From contig CAYLQP010000005.1 of assembly GCA_964386665.1 (NCBI GenBank), positions 177 through 64,176 of the forward strand: DNA of 64,000 nt, written 5' to 3'. Below, piece by piece: positions 10,394 through 21,000 of the stretch. Below the pieces are notes generated by a model that saw only the letters and a program-made list of their open reading frames with translations, was not told the DNA's origin and searched no databases. The stretch is from an uncultured Candidatus Saccharibacteria bacterium (GTDB lineage Bacteria > Patescibacteriota > Minisyncoccia > Phycocordibacterales > CAIRYW01). A program made the translations under genes and the position numbers. Numbering within the stretch: the stretch's first letter is position 1; each line of letters begins with the position of its first letter.

Positions 10394-10455
10394 TTGTCTT
10401 TTTTAAGATTTTGTCCCTTTATCATATAAAAGACAGCTTTATTGTCAATAAGACA
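9641..10455. repeat. Cluster of TGTCYTT/AARGACA motifs including a perfect 22-bp palindrome
   Basis: 14 exact copies counted by eye plus variants; ATGTGTCCTTTAAAGGACACAT at 9897-9918. Confidence 0.85.
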
Positions 10456-10602
10456 AGCTTTTCTTTTTATGCTTTGACTCTTGTGTTATCGACACAGACC
10501 GTGAGTTTTCCACAGGGTAAAAGTAATCTTGAAAATCTAAAATTAGATTTCGGGAATGTGCGTTTTTTTGGTAAAATAAAGAGGTATATAACTTACATTT
10601 TA

Positions 10603-12822
10603 ATGAAACAAAAAACAACAAAAAACCTAAAACGTGGAACTGAACGTTCTTATCGAAAAGAGGAAGAAAAAGACAGTGGTCTTAAAAACGAAACACTTCA
10701 AAGTATCGTCGCAATACTCTTTTTTATTGGAGCATTCTTTCTTCTTATCGCATCGTTTGGTAAAGGAGGAACTCTAGGGGAAGTCTTCTTCAATTTCTTC
10801 CACAAACTCTCTGGTGTTGGGTATTATCTTATGCCAGTAAGTCTTGTTATTCTTGGAACCGCTTTCGGTAAAAACATCGCTCATCGTTTTCCTATTCTTA
10901 AGATGCTCAGTGGACTTATCTTTTTTTTGGCAGGGCTTGGTCTTATAGAAATCGCAAGTAGTGGAAACGGAGGGAGTCTTGGAACAATGATCTCAAAACC
11001 ACTCATCTATCTATTTGATGTCTATACATCAATCGCTCTGCTTTCTGCTTTCATTATTATTTCTCTTTTGATTATTTTTGACACCCACCTTAAACGAGAC
11101 TTTTTGTTCTTCTGGAAAAAGAAAGATGACTTATTCGAAGATGATGAGGATGATCTTGAAGACCTAAAAGTAAGCAGTGGTGGTGAACGAGTAAAAAAAG
11201 AATCTCTCATCAATACTGAAAAAGAGAACTTGAAAGAATCTCAGCAGAAGACTCAAAAACTTGATCCTGTTGTTGCAACCAAAAAACCTGAACCTGAAGA
11301 GGAATCATTTATCAAAGGAACCCCTATTCTTCATAACAAGACATATACCCCACCCCCTCTTTCACTTCTTGAAAACGATAAAGGAAAGCCTCAAGTAGGA
11401 GACATCAAAGCTCAAGCGAACATCATTAAACGAACTCTTCAAAACTTCGGGATTAATGTTGAGATGGATGAAGTAACCATTGGACCAACCGTCACACGTT
11501 ACACCCTTAAGCCTGCCGAAGGAGTGAAACTTTCCCGAATCGTTGGTCTTCAGGATAACCTCGCGCTCGCTCTTGCAGCTCAATCTATCCGTATCGAAGC
11601 ACCCGTTCCTGGTAAGTCTCTTGTGGGTATCGAAGTACCAAATACAGCCAAAACAACAGTTGGGCTCGGAACACTTATGGGAAGCAAGGAATTTCAAAAC
11701 TCTGACAAACCACTTCTTATGGGGATTGGAAAAAATGTTTCTGGAGAAGGAGTATTCTATGACCTTGCAAAAATGCCTCACCTTCTTATTGCAGGAACAA
11801 CTGGTTCTGGAAAGTCAGTAACCGTTCACGCTCTTCTTACCTCTCTTTTGTATCGCAACAGTCCAGATATGCTCAAGTTTATTATGGTGGATGCGAAACG
11901 CGTGGAACTTACTCTTTATAACAAGATTCCCCACCTTCTTACTCCTGTTATTACAGACGCAAAGAAAACTATCCTTGCTCTTAAATGGGCAGCAAAAGAA
12001 ATGGATCGAAGATACAACGTACTTGAAACACAGTCAGTTCGAGACATTTCTTCGTACCACAAAAACATCGTAGCACCTGCACTCAAAGCCTATAAAGGCA
12101 AAGAAGGTGAAACCGTTCCTGAAACAATGCCTTATATCGTTGTTGTGATAGATGAACTTGCAGACCTTATGCAAGCATATCCTCGTGAACTTGAAAGCTC
12201 TATCGTTCGCCTCGCCCAAATGTCTCGAGCGGTTGGAATCCACCTTGTGCTCTCAACTCAACGACCATCAGTAAATGTTATTACCGGACTTATCAAAGCA
12301 AATATTCCTACCCGAATAGCCCTTAAGGTAGGAAGTCAGATTGATTCACGAACTATTATCGACAAAGCAGGTGCTGAAAAACTTGTAGGACAAGGAGATA
12401 TGCTCTTCTCTTCTCAGGAACGTCCAGAACCTGTCCGAATCCAGTCACCATATATATCTGAAAATGAACTCAAAGGAGTAGTTAAATATATCGTTGATGC
12501 ATACAAAGACGAGATCCCTGCAACAGGTATTACTCTGGGAGACCAAGGAGGAGAAACCGAGAAGAACGCGCTTTTTGATGGAGATGCAATGCAAGATGAT
12601 GCCGATGACGACGATCTATACGAAGACGCTCGAGAAGTGGTTATTCAAGCTGGTAAAGCTTCTACTTCATACATTCAAAGAAAACTCCGGGTTGGATACT
12701 CTCGCGCAGCTCGACTTATGGATATTCTCGAAGCAAAAGGAGTGATTGGTCCAGCTGACGGATCAAAGCCTCGTGAAGTTCTTGAAGGAAAAGCTTCAGA
12801 TACTTCTGAAGAAACGGTTTAA
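10603..12822 (+). CDS. ftsK: DNA translocase FtsK/SpoIIIE
   Basis: 4TM N-terminus, MPHLLIAGTTGSGKS, IDELADLM, STQRPS, gamma domain QRKLRVGYSRAAR; start chosen at MKQKTT. Confidence 0.97.
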   Translation: MKQKTTKNLKRGTERSYRKEEEKDSGLKNETLQSIVAILFFIGAFFLLIASFGKGGTLGEVFFNFFHKLSGVGYYLMPVSLVILGTAFGKNIAHRFPILKMLSGLIFFLAGLGLIEIASSGNGGSLGTMISKPLIYLFDVYTSIALLSAFIIISLLIIFDTHLKRDFLFFWKKKDDLFEDDEDDLEDLKVSSGGERVKKESLINTEKENLKESQQKTQKLDPVVATKKPEPEEESFIKGTPILHNKTYTPPPLSLLENDKGKPQVGDIKAQANIIKRTLQNFGINVEMDEVTIGPTVTRYTLKPAEGVKLSRIVGLQDNLALALAAQSIRIEAPVPGKSLVGIEVPNTAKTTVGLGTLMGSKEFQNSDKPLLMGIGKNVSGEGVFYDLAKMPHLLIAGTTGSGKSVTVHALLTSLLYRNSPDMLKFIMVDAKRVELTLYNKIPHLLTPVITDAKKTILALKWAAKEMDRRYNVLETQSVRDISSYHKNIVAPALKAYKGKEGETVPETMPYIVVVIDELADLMQAYPRELESSIVRLAQMSRAVGIHLVLSTQRPSVNVITGLIKANIPTRIALKVGSQIDSRTIIDKAGAEKLVGQGDMLFSSQERPEPVRIQSPYISENELKGVVKYIVDAYKDEIPATGITLGDQGGETEKNALFDGDAMQDDADDDDLYEDAREVVIQAGKASTSYIQRKLRVGYSRAARLMDILEAKGVIGPADGSKPREVLEGKASDTSEETV

Positions 12823-12824
12823 TT

Positions 12825-13253
12825 ATGCAAGGGCAAATCAAGATTGAAAAAATTGCCATAGTTACCCTTCTGTCGATATTTTTGGTATATGCACTCTTTG
12901 AAAGTTACAAGATACTGCGCGGACCAGTTATCAATATTAAAAGCCCAAAACCATATGAAGAAATCAACCTTCCTTTTGTAGCGATTGAGGGTGAAACAAA
13001 GAACATCAGCCTTATCACTCTCAATGACCGGCAGATATTTATTGACGAAGATGGTGTCTTTCGCGAAAAATTGTTGCTTCCTGAAGGTTATACTATAATA
13101 GAGTTAGAAGCTTTTGACCGATTTAAAAAGAAAGTAGTCAAATCTCTATCAATCTATCGTCCATATTCTACCTCAACTCCCCTACTTGAAAAGACTTTGG
13201 ATATGATTCAGGCAACAAGCACAAGCACAAGCACAAAGAAAATTATAAATTAA
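12825..13253 (+). CDS. Membrane-anchored Ig-like domain protein
   Basis: N-terminal TM, GPVINIKSP...IEGET...LND...LLLPEGY. Confidence 0.65.
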   Translation: MQGQIKIEKIAIVTLLSIFLVYALFESYKILRGPVINIKSPKPYEEINLPFVAIEGETKNISLITLNDRQIFIDEDGVFREKLLLPEGYTIIELEAFDRFKKKVVKSLSIYRPYSTSTPLLEKTLDMIQATSTSTSTKKIIN

Positions 13254-13264
13254 TCCCAATCAAT

Positions 13265-13537
13265 ATGGTCAAGAAAAAAACAAATGAAACAAGTCTTGAT
13301 ATGATTGCACGCAATCTCGCTGCACTTCATAGTGATGTCACATCATTTCGAAGTGAAGTAACAACATTTCGAAGTGAGGTTAAAGAAGAATTTAAACAAC
13401 TAGACAAAAGAGTAAGTAAAATAGAAACGAAGCTAGATAGTGTTGCATTTAGTCATTCTCGACGACCTGATCTGCTCGAAGACGATATGGTGGTTATTAA
13501 AAACGTCCTTACTAAAAATAATTTATTAAAAAAATAA
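13265..13537 (+). CDS. Small coiled-coil hypothetical protein
   Basis: Heptad repeats ([14 protein letters not shown] from a 21-bp tandem duplication); packed between neighbours. Confidence 0.7.
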   Translation: MVKKKTNETSLDMIARNLAALHSDVTSFRSEVTTFRSEVKEEFKQLDKRVSKIETKLDSVAFSHSRRPDLLEDDMVVIKNVLTKNNLLKK

Positions 13538-13538
13538 T

Positions 13539-14609
13539 ATGGCACAAGCAAAAAAGAAAGAAAAAATTCCAAAGAAAACTGATTCGGGCATTGATGATAC
13601 TCTCCGATCAATCAAAACAAAGTTTGGAGATGATGCGATTATGAAACTAGGAGATGCACCTAAGGTAGATGTGGGTGCAATCTCAACTGGTTCTATTGGA
13701 CTTGATAGTGCTCTTGGGATAGGTGGACTTCCTCGTGGACGAATCATCGAAATCTTTGGCCCAGAATCAAGTGGTAAGACCACCCTTACTCTTCACGTTA
13801 TTGCTGAAGCTCAGAAACTTGGCGGAATATGTGCATTCATTGATGCTGAACACGCACTTGATCCAGAATACGCAAAACGAATCGGAGTAAAAACTTCAGA
13901 ACTACTTGTCTCACAACCTGACACAGGAGAACAGGCGCTTGAAATCGTTGATTCACTTGTGCGAAGCGGAAAGATTGATGTAATTGTTATTGACTCTGTC
14001 GCAGCTCTTACCCCAAAAGATGAAATCGAAGGAGATATGGGAGCACACCACGTTGGTAAACAAGCTCGCCTTATGGCACAGGGACTTCGAAAACTCACTG
14101 CCATTGTCTCAAAATCAAAAACAATGGTGATATTTATCAACCAAATCAGAATGCAGATTGGTGTGATGTTTGGAAACCCAGAAACTACTCCAGGAGGAAA
14201 GGCGCTCAAGTTCTACACATCTGTCAGGCTTGATATCCGACGAATTGCCCAAATCAAAAAAGGTGAAGAAGTGATGGGAGGGCGGGTGCGAGTAAAGGTA
14301 GTAAAAAACAAAGTCGCGGCTCCGTTTAAACAAACTGAGTTTGACTTAATGTATAACGAAGGAATCTCAAAAGAAGGCGAAATTCTTGCTCTTGGAGAAA
14401 AAATGGGGCTTATTCAAAAAAGCGGTGCAACATATAAAATGGGAGAAGAAACACTTGGACGAGGCTATGACGCAACGAGACAAGCGCTTCGAGATAACCA
14501 GAAGCTCTCAAATGATCTGCTTTCAAAGATCCGTAAGTTTATGAAAGAAGAAGGATTCTCTGTTTCCCCTACTAAAGGAGATCTAGAAGAAGAAAAACCG
14601 GAGGAGTAA
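13539..14609 (+). CDS. recA: Recombinase RecA
   Basis: [33 protein letters not shown]. Confidence 0.99.
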   Translation: MAQAKKKEKIPKKTDSGIDDTLRSIKTKFGDDAIMKLGDAPKVDVGAISTGSIGLDSALGIGGLPRGRIIEIFGPESSGKTTLTLHVIAEAQKLGGICAFIDAEHALDPEYAKRIGVKTSELLVSQPDTGEQALEIVDSLVRSGKIDVIVIDSVAALTPKDEIEGDMGAHHVGKQARLMAQGLRKLTAIVSKSKTMVIFINQIRMQIGVMFGNPETTPGGKALKFYTSVRLDIRRIAQIKKGEEVMGGRVRVKVVKNKVAAPFKQTEFDLMYNEGISKEGEILALGEKMGLIQKSGATYKMGEETLGRGYDATRQALRDNQKLSNDLLSKIRKFMKEEGFSVSPTKGDLEEEKPEE

Positions 14610-14646
14610 AATAAGAGATTAAAATAGTTTTTTAAAAATTAAAAAT

Positions 14647-14931
14647 ATGTTTATTTCATCAATTATTGTCTTACTAATAAATTTTATAGTCTATGGATAC
14701 TCTTCTTTTCTTTGTGCTTGGGAACCTAGTGGATTAGATTGTGTAAGGTTATTTTATTTACTTCACATAGCAATCGGTACTTGTATAAGTATAGTACTAT
14801 TAAATGAATTTAGAATTAAAAAAGATTCGCCAAAATTATTTAACCCTAAAATCAGTAGAGTACTTTACGGAATCGGTATTTTTGTTGGACTATTTCCAAT
14901 ACTATATTTTTTATTTTATTTTAATAGATAG
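14647..14931 (+). CDS. Small AT-rich membrane protein
   Basis: 94 aa with about three hydrophobic segments. Confidence 0.5.
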   Translation: MFISSIIVLLINFIVYGYSSFLCAWEPSGLDCVRLFYLLHIAIGTCISIVLLNEFRIKKDSPKLFNPKISRVLYGIGIFVGLFPILYFLFYFNR

Positions 14932-14949
14932 AACAACGACCTAACTGTT

Positions 14950-15168
14950 TTAAAAAAATTTTGCAAAACGTACTTCAGGTTGTAAGACTTTGTCGCGGAA
15001 ATTTTTTATTTCTCTTGTGTGCTCCGCAATCATTTTATTTTCAATAACATCTAATCTTTTATCGACACCATCAGAACATTTATCAACTTCTGAAGGTCCT
15101 GTTTGGACTATTACTGCAAAATCTTCAATTTTCTTGTCAGTACTCTTATTTATTGAATGAATAATGCT
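14950..15168 (-). pseudogene. Start-less remnant of a coiled-coil protein gene
   Basis: Open frame SIIHSINKSTDKKIEDFAVIVQTGPSEVDKCSDGVDKRLDVIENKMIAEHTREIKN...*, preceded by an in-frame TAA, no N-terminal ATG. Confidence 0.5.
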
Positions 15169-15318
15169 TTAAATACCGCAAACAAATGAGACAGAGACAG
15201 CATTAGACGGTAGGACTTCATCAAGAAGCAGACAAAGGAGAAAAATTATTATAAAAACCACGCCTTACGGCGCGGTTTTGTTTACTAAAGCCTAAAGCCT
15301 AAGCAACAAGCTTATTTC

Positions 15319-15885
15319 TTACACTCTCTCCACGTATTCTCCGGTAGTTGTGTTCACTCTGATTACATCCCCTTCGTTTACAAACATCGGAACATTGAGC
15401 GTTGCTCCAGTTTCCAAAACTACCTGCTTGTTTCCTCCTTTGGCTGTATCACCCTTCACTGCTGGATGGGCTTCGGTAACCTTCAGATCAACTTTGATTG
15501 GAAGTTCTACTCCAATAACCTTTTCGTCAAACAAGAGTGCATCAATTAGTGTATTTGGTTTTAGAAACATTCGGCCATCTCCCAAGATGTGTTCCTCGAG
15601 CTTAAATCGCTTTGAAGGATCATTTTCTTCACAGAACCACCACTCCCCTTTGTTATTATAAAGATACTTAACTGGTTTTTCTTCAATATCCGCTTCATCA
15701 ACTTTTTCTGATTGGTGGAAAGTCATTTCTTTCACACTTCCCGTGATCATATTTCGAAGCTTCGTTTTGTTCTGGGGCTTTCGTTGTTGCATTCGAAAGA
15801 TATGCGCATCAAGCACTTCGTAAGGGTCTCCATCAACAATGATATGTCGACGAACAAGGATTTCATTGTATTCGAGCATTGCCAT
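15319..15885 (-). CDS. efp: Elongation factor P
   Basis: PAVKGDTA, LETGATLNVPMFVNEGD, GEYVERV. Confidence 0.95.
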   Translation of the reverse strand: MAMLEYNEILVRRHIIVDGDPYEVLDAHIFRMQQRKPQNKTKLRNMITGSVKEMTFHQSEKVDEADIEEKPVKYLYNNKGEWWFCEENDPSKRFKLEEHILGDGRMFLKPNTLIDALLFDEKVIGVELPIKVDLKVTEAHPAVKGDTAKGGNKQVVLETGATLNVPMFVNEGDVIRVNTTTGEYVERV

Positions 15886-15897
15886 AAAATTTAGAAT

Positions 15898-16104
15898 TTA
15901 TCTTGCAACGAAAGGCATAAGCGCCATAAATCGCGCTCGCTTAATTGCAAGTGCAAGTTTTCGTTGATTTTTAGAACATACTCCTGATTTCTTTTTTGAA
16001 AGAATTCGTCCGTGAGGATTGATAAATTTCTTCAAGATTTCTGTGTCTTTGTAATCAATAACGTCTATGTTGTTTTGCTTAAAAAAGCATTGTTTTGAAT
16101 TCAT
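15898..16104 (-). CDS. rpsR: 30S ribosomal protein bS18
   Basis: IDYKD...QRKLALAIKRAR. Confidence 0.97.
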   Translation of the reverse strand: MNSKQCFFKQNNIDVIDYKDTEILKKFINPHGRILSKKKSGVCSKNQRKLALAIKRARFMALMPFVAR

Positions 16105-16136
16105 CTATTTTAATTAACTTTTTAATTTTTACTTGT

Positions 16137-16595
16137 TTAGAAAGGTATATCTTCAACATTGATTTCTTCATCTGGGTATTGGATCTCAGCGAAATCATCT
16201 TGTTTGTCGTTTGTCGCTGGTGATGATTCTTTATTTGCAGGTGCCGTATATCCCCCGGTTGTTCCAGTTGCTTTTGGTCCAAATTGGAAATTCTCAACGA
16301 TAATTTCTGTTCGATATTTCTTTTGACCATCCTGAGCATCCCAACTTCGAGTTTGAAGTCGTCCATCAAGGAAAAGAGGGTTTCCTTTTTTCATATACTG
16401 TCCAATGAGCTCTGCTTGTTTTCCAAATACCACAACATTGTGATATTCAACTGCCTCTTGTTTACGTCCATCTTTGTCTTTCCAAGTACGGTTAGTAGCA
16501 AGAGAAAGATTAACAACTTGAATTCCTGAAGGAAGGGCTTTCATCTCTGGATCTTTTGTAAGGTTACCGTAAAGAAACACTTTGTTCAGATACAT
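16137..16595 (-). CDS. ssb: Single-stranded DNA-binding protein
   Basis: NKVFLYGNLTKDPE, GRLQTRSW, C-terminal DIPF. Confidence 0.98.
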   Translation of the reverse strand: MYLNKVFLYGNLTKDPEMKALPSGIQVVNLSLATNRTWKDKDGRKQEAVEYHNVVVFGKQAELIGQYMKKGNPLFLDGRLQTRSWDAQDGQKKYRTEIIVENFQFGPKATGTTGGYTAPANKESSPATNDKQDDFAEIQYPDEEINVEDIPF

Positions 16596-16657
16596 ATATT
16601 TGAGTGATTAGCTATTAGTAAGTTACTCTAGTAAGAAACTAGAACTATGCACACAAA

Positions 16658-17155
16658 TTATACCACCAAATCGTCAATTGTCTTGTCGAGCTCTTCTGGT
16701 GTAAGCTTTTCCTTTTCTTCTTCTTTTACTGCTTCTGGAGCTACTTCATCTTCTTTTTTGAACGCACCTTTCATTTGTTCTTTGGTAGCAAATTTTGCTC
16801 CATGGAGTGTATTCTCACGTACAGTCTTCACTACAATAGAACGAAGCACGTTTTCAAGTTTTTCAACTTCAGCAGCAACAGTTGCAACTTGTTCAGTCAC
16901 TACTTCAAACTTAATCCACCCGAAATACGCTTCTTTAAATACTCTCTTTGTGCCCTTGATCACCTTTGAAAGTGGGTATGCAAGAGACACTAACCTTGGA
17001 AAGTCTTCTGATACCACTTCTGCTTTGGAAGTATCCAAAACATCGCGGATCAAAGAGACCTCGTGAGAAAGATTGTCCTCTCCCACAATCGGAGCGATAT
17101 GAAAGCCTACTTCATAGACCTTTGAATCCTCCTTGGTTTCTTGTGTTTTTGTCAT
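16658..17155 (-). CDS. rpsF: 30S ribosomal protein bS6
   Basis: YEVGF...LAYP...EAYFGW; rpsF-ssb-rpsR synteny. Confidence 0.92.
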   Translation of the reverse strand: MTKTQETKEDSKVYEVGFHIAPIVGEDNLSHEVSLIRDVLDTSKAEVVSEDFPRLVSLAYPLSKVIKGTKRVFKEAYFGWIKFEVVTEQVATVAAEVEKLENVLRSIVVKTVRENTLHGAKFATKEQMKGAFKKEDEVAPEAVKEEEKEKLTPEELDKTIDDLVV

Positions 17156-17240
17156 TTATATTTGTTTATAATTAATAATGCACCTCTTTTAAGGCGCTTG
17201 GTTACTCTAACATAAAGCCGAGAAAAAGTGAAGAGTGCCT

Positions 17241-18029
17241 TCATTCCCAACTCCAAAGGGACTTTGAATTCTGCAAAAGGACTTTTGACACTTGTTCAAA
17301 AGAGATATTCTTGATTTCTGCCATTTTTTTGATTACCTCCATAACATACACAGGCTCACACCGCTTCCCTCTGTAAGGCACTGGTGCCACATAAGGACTA
17401 TCTGTTTCTGACAAAAGTCTTTCAAGAGGTGTAGCCTCAATAAGTTCTTTGTATTGATCGGCAAAGGTTATTACCCCTGTAAAAGAAATATGAAACCCAA
17501 GATCCAAAAAGTCCTTGAGGTCTTCCAAACTTCCTGCAAAAAAATGTGCCTCGCCTTTGCAAGCACCATACTCTTTTAAGACCTTTAATGATTCTTGGTA
17601 CGCGTTTAGACCATTTCCACTTCGCATATGAAGCATAAGAGGAAGATCAAGTTCAAGCGCAAGTTCGATCTGTGCCCGAAATGCTTTTTCTTGCACTTCT
17701 TTTGTTTCAGGACCTACTCGATAAAAATCGAACCCACACTCACCTATTCCGATACATCGATTGTTTTTTGCAAGCTCTCTATAATAGTCTTTATCGAAAA
17801 CTTCTTCCTCTGTATGCACTGGATGCAATCCAACAATAGACCACAAGTTGTCTTGTGCTTGTCCTAGTTCAACTGCTTTATAAGAATTCTCCTTCTTTGT
17901 TCCTACAACAAGAGCTCCTACATTGTTTTCTTTCATACGAAAGTAGACGTCTTCTCTATCAGAATCGAAGTCGTCAAAATTAAGATGTGCGTGGTTATCG
18001 ATGTATATAATGTTTTCTTCTTTACTCAT
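17241..18029 (-). CDS. tatD: TatD family hydrolase
   Basis: DNHAH, GLHP, GECGFD, ETDSPY. Confidence 0.95.
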   Translation of the reverse strand: MSKEENIIYIDNHAHLNFDDFDSDREDVYFRMKENNVGALVVGTKKENSYKAVELGQAQDNLWSIVGLHPVHTEEEVFDKDYYRELAKNNRCIGIGECGFDFYRVGPETKEVQEKAFRAQIELALELDLPLMLHMRSGNGLNAYQESLKVLKEYGACKGEAHFFAGSLEDLKDFLDLGFHISFTGVITFADQYKELIEATPLERLLSETDSPYVAPVPYRGKRCEPVYVMEVIKKMAEIKNISFEQVSKVLLQNSKSLWSWE

Positions 18030-18049
18030 ATTTTGTAATTTTATTATAA

Positions 18050-18093
18050 GCATAGAGCCAGTTTTTTGCTAGCGCAAAAAACTGGCTCTATGC
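18050..18093. terminator. Long hairpin downstream of metG
   Basis: GCATAGAGCCAGTTTTTTGC-TAGC-GCAAAAAACTGGCTCTATGC, perfect 20-bp stem. Confidence 0.55.
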
Positions 18094-18422
18094 AACATTG
18101 ACGACTCTCTCTCTCTCTCTGTTTGATAGTTTAAGAAAGTAGATCAAACAACCAATCTTTATGCGCCGACAATTTCGAGATGTTGAGATAGGAGGAAGGT
18201 TCTGTTTACTTCATTGTTCATTTAACAAATATAGACTTGTTCCATCAGCACACACGTTTGTATTTATACGAACGGAGACAACGCCAGGTAAGACAAATTG
18301 TTTGTCTGTGTTAACAAAGACACCTGGGCCACTTATTGAGCCTACTGAGCCAGTAGCGCTTAAATAAATCCTCTTTACTTCCTTTCTTTTTTGCCACAAC
18401 TTAACCTTGAGTTAGTGGTTTT

Positions 18423-19865
18423 TTATTTCCTCAAAAAAAGTGGAGTTTCAGGCATTTTGTTTGCTTTGATACATTCTTTGATTTTTCTTGAAGTTTCAGG
18501 CAACAGTGGACTAAGCATTCGTCCTATTGTATAAAGCTTTTTGATTAATTCTTCCAAGATTTTGAGTGCCTCATTCTTGTCTGTTTTGATTAGTCTAAAC
18601 GGTTCCTTTGTTTGAATGATGCTATCAAGTTCCCCAATGTGTCGCCAAACAAGATCTGCAAGCGCCTTGAAATCAAAAGTTTCTGCGATTTGCCAGTACT
18701 CATCTGGAATAGTATTTTCTTCAATAGTGACAGGCTTCTCTAGATGAGTCTCTGCCATCTTCATAATACGGCTTGTTAAGTTCCCTATTCCATTCGCAAG
18801 ATTCGCATTATAACTTTCAAGAAGTTTTTCTTTTGACACCGCAGTGTCTTCAAACGGATGAAATTCTCGAAGCACAAAATACCGAAGCGCATCTGTTCCG
18901 TATTCTTCTATAATTTCAAGTGGATCAATTGTATTACCAAGTGTCTTTGACATCTTCACCCCTCCTTCTCCAAGGATAAATCCGTTTACGATGATCTGGC
19001 GTGTAAGTGGTAAATCAGCCGCCATAAGCATCGCCTGCCACATCACCCCTTGAAATCGAGTGTTATCTTTGCCACAGTATTGCGTCGGAGTACCATTTAC
19101 CCAATATGTTTCAAAATCTCCATCTGTTTTAGGCCACCCAAGTGTTGAAATATAATTTGTCAGTGCATCAAACCACACATACATCACGTGCTCATCATCG
19201 TTTGGTACTGGAACACCCCAAGACATTTTGCTCTTGAGGCGAGAAATCGAGAAATCCTCAAGCCCTCGTTTGATAAACTCTCGCATCTCATTCATTCTAA
19301 AAGAAGGAACAATGAAGTTTGGGTTTTCTTCGTAATATTTCAAAAGTTTTTCACCAAAGGCCGAAAATGTAAAAAAGTAATTTTCTTCTTGTATTAATTC
19401 AGGAACCCGATTATGTTCTGGGCATTTCCCATCAACAAGCTCACTTTCTGTTCTTTCTCGTTCACATCCAACACAATATTTGGCCGTGTAATTTTTCTTG
19501 TAAATAAATCCATTCTTTTCACAGCGTCGCCAAAACTCCCCCGCCGCTTTTATATGATGTTCATCGGTCGTTCGAATCAGATGAAGTCCCTCCGCTTCTT
19601 CTAATACTCCAAACTTTTTTAATGTTTCTTTAAAAAGATTGGCATAAAAATCAGTGTATTCTTGTGGCGTTTGACTTACCTTTTGTGCTGATTCAAAAAT
19701 CTTTGCTCCGTGTTCATCTGTCCCTGTATTAAAAAAGACGTCACATCCTTGAAGTTTTTTGATACGCGCGAGAGTATCGGCACGGACAATTTCAGTTGCA
19801 TGTCCCAAATGAAGTGGTGCATTTACATACGGAAGTGTAGTTGTAAGATAGAAAGCTTTTGACAT
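18423..19865 (-). CDS. metG: Methionine--tRNA ligase (short form)
   Basis: YVNAPLHLGH, TGTDEHG, YVWFDAL, KMSKT. Confidence 0.97.
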   Translation of the reverse strand: MSKAFYLTTTLPYVNAPLHLGHATEIVRADTLARIKKLQGCDVFFNTGTDEHGAKIFESAQKVSQTPQEYTDFYANLFKETLKKFGVLEEAEGLHLIRTTDEHHIKAAGEFWRRCEKNGFIYKKNYTAKYCVGCERERTESELVDGKCPEHNRVPELIQEENYFFTFSAFGEKLLKYYEENPNFIVPSFRMNEMREFIKRGLEDFSISRLKSKMSWGVPVPNDDEHVMYVWFDALTNYISTLGWPKTDGDFETYWVNGTPTQYCGKDNTRFQGVMWQAMLMAADLPLTRQIIVNGFILGEGGVKMSKTLGNTIDPLEIIEEYGTDALRYFVLREFHPFEDTAVSKEKLLESYNANLANGIGNLTSRIMKMAETHLEKPVTIEENTIPDEYWQIAETFDFKALADLVWRHIGELDSIIQTKEPFRLIKTDKNEALKILEELIKKLYTIGRMLSPLLPETSRKIKECIKANKMPETPLFLRK

Positions 19866-19880
19866 AAATGAAACTCAATC

Positions 19881-20957
19881 TTAAGATGTTAAACTTCGTT
19901 CTCCTGCTTTTTTGCGATCCATATCATCAAGAAACTCAACAAGAAGTACTGATGCAGGAACCGAAAGAATAATACCAAGAAGACCTGCGAGCTTACCCCC
20001 AACAACAAGTGCCAAGATTACCAGAAGTGGTGAAATCCCAACAATCTTTTTTACTACGAGTGGATAGAATAAGTGATTTTCAAATTGTTGCACAAGAAGG
20101 TACCAAAGAAACACCCCTCCCGCTCCCATAATCCCTCGATCAAGAAGAGTAAGAATAACAGCTGGAATCGCCGCAAGTACAGGACCGAACACAGGGATAA
20201 GTTCCAAAAATGCTGCCAAAAATCCAAGCAAAAGCGCGTGCTTGACCCCCCCAAGAAGAAGTCCGATGTATACCATCAGTCCTACAAGGACTGCGAGAAG
20301 AAGTTGCCCTTGCATCCATGAGCCAATCTTTTCTTTGGTTCTTTTCCAAAGCCCAAGAACATATTTTTCGTATCGAAGTGGTGTAACGATTTTCAAAAAA
20401 CTCCCCACTCCATCTTCAGTCACCGAAAAATAAAACGACAGTACAACAATCAGGAGAACATTAAACAAGTTGTTTGCAATGAGCCCTACGTTTGAAAGCA
20501 CATTTCCAGAAACATTTGAAATACCTGTATGGACAGTATTTAGAAATGATGGATTACTCACACTCGCTGCTATTTCTGTTACAAGTGGAACATATCCCTG
20601 CAAAATACTTTCATCAAGAAGCGGAACAACTTGGTTTACCTGTGAAAGATAGTTAGGAATATTGGCAATTACCCCTGACATTTCAGAAAGCAAAATTGGT
20701 ATAATCGAAACAAAGACACTAAACAAAAGCATTGCTACGACTGCATAAATAAGCACAACTGCAAACACTCGTGGAATCTTTTTTTCAATAAAAAACCGAA
20801 CTCCTGGTTCAATAGCAGAAGAGATTACAATAGCGGTAAGTACAACAAGAACAATATCCTTCAAGATAAAAAGTAACCAGAACAAAAGTCCAAAGACAAA
20901 CACCCGCAATATGGTTGAAGAAGAAATGTTAATATATGAGTCTTTACTATCTGGCAT
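19881..20957 (-). CDS. AI-2E family transporter
   Basis: Polytopic; ELIPVFGP, QQFENH..P, GIILSVP. Confidence 0.9.
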   Translation of the reverse strand: MPDSKDSYINISSSTILRVFVFGLLFWLLFILKDIVLVVLTAIVISSAIEPGVRFFIEKKIPRVFAVVLIYAVVAMLLFSVFVSIIPILLSEMSGVIANIPNYLSQVNQVVPLLDESILQGYVPLVTEIAASVSNPSFLNTVHTGISNVSGNVLSNVGLIANNLFNVLLIVVLSFYFSVTEDGVGSFLKIVTPLRYEKYVLGLWKRTKEKIGSWMQGQLLLAVLVGLMVYIGLLLGGVKHALLLGFLAAFLELIPVFGPVLAAIPAVILTLLDRGIMGAGGVFLWYLLVQQFENHLFYPLVVKKIVGISPLLVILALVVGGKLAGLLGIILSVPASVLLVEFLDDMDRKKAGERSLTS

Positions 20958-21000
20958 ATAGGCTAGTATATCCTAAAAGCCCTTTTCTATCCAATACCCC

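Noticed and set aside
9480-10520. Replication origin suggested by DnaA-box-like sites
   Set aside because: Only one perfect box, no dnaA or dnaN nearby, and the minus-strand gene bias continues on both sides
10411-10602. N-terminal extension of FtsK in the ORF track
   Set aside because: Starts at TTG within the motif-rich divergent promoter region; ATG 10603 gives a normal N-terminus
18211-18399. 62-aa ORF between metG and tatD
   Set aside because: TTG start, no recognisable motif, competing broken frames
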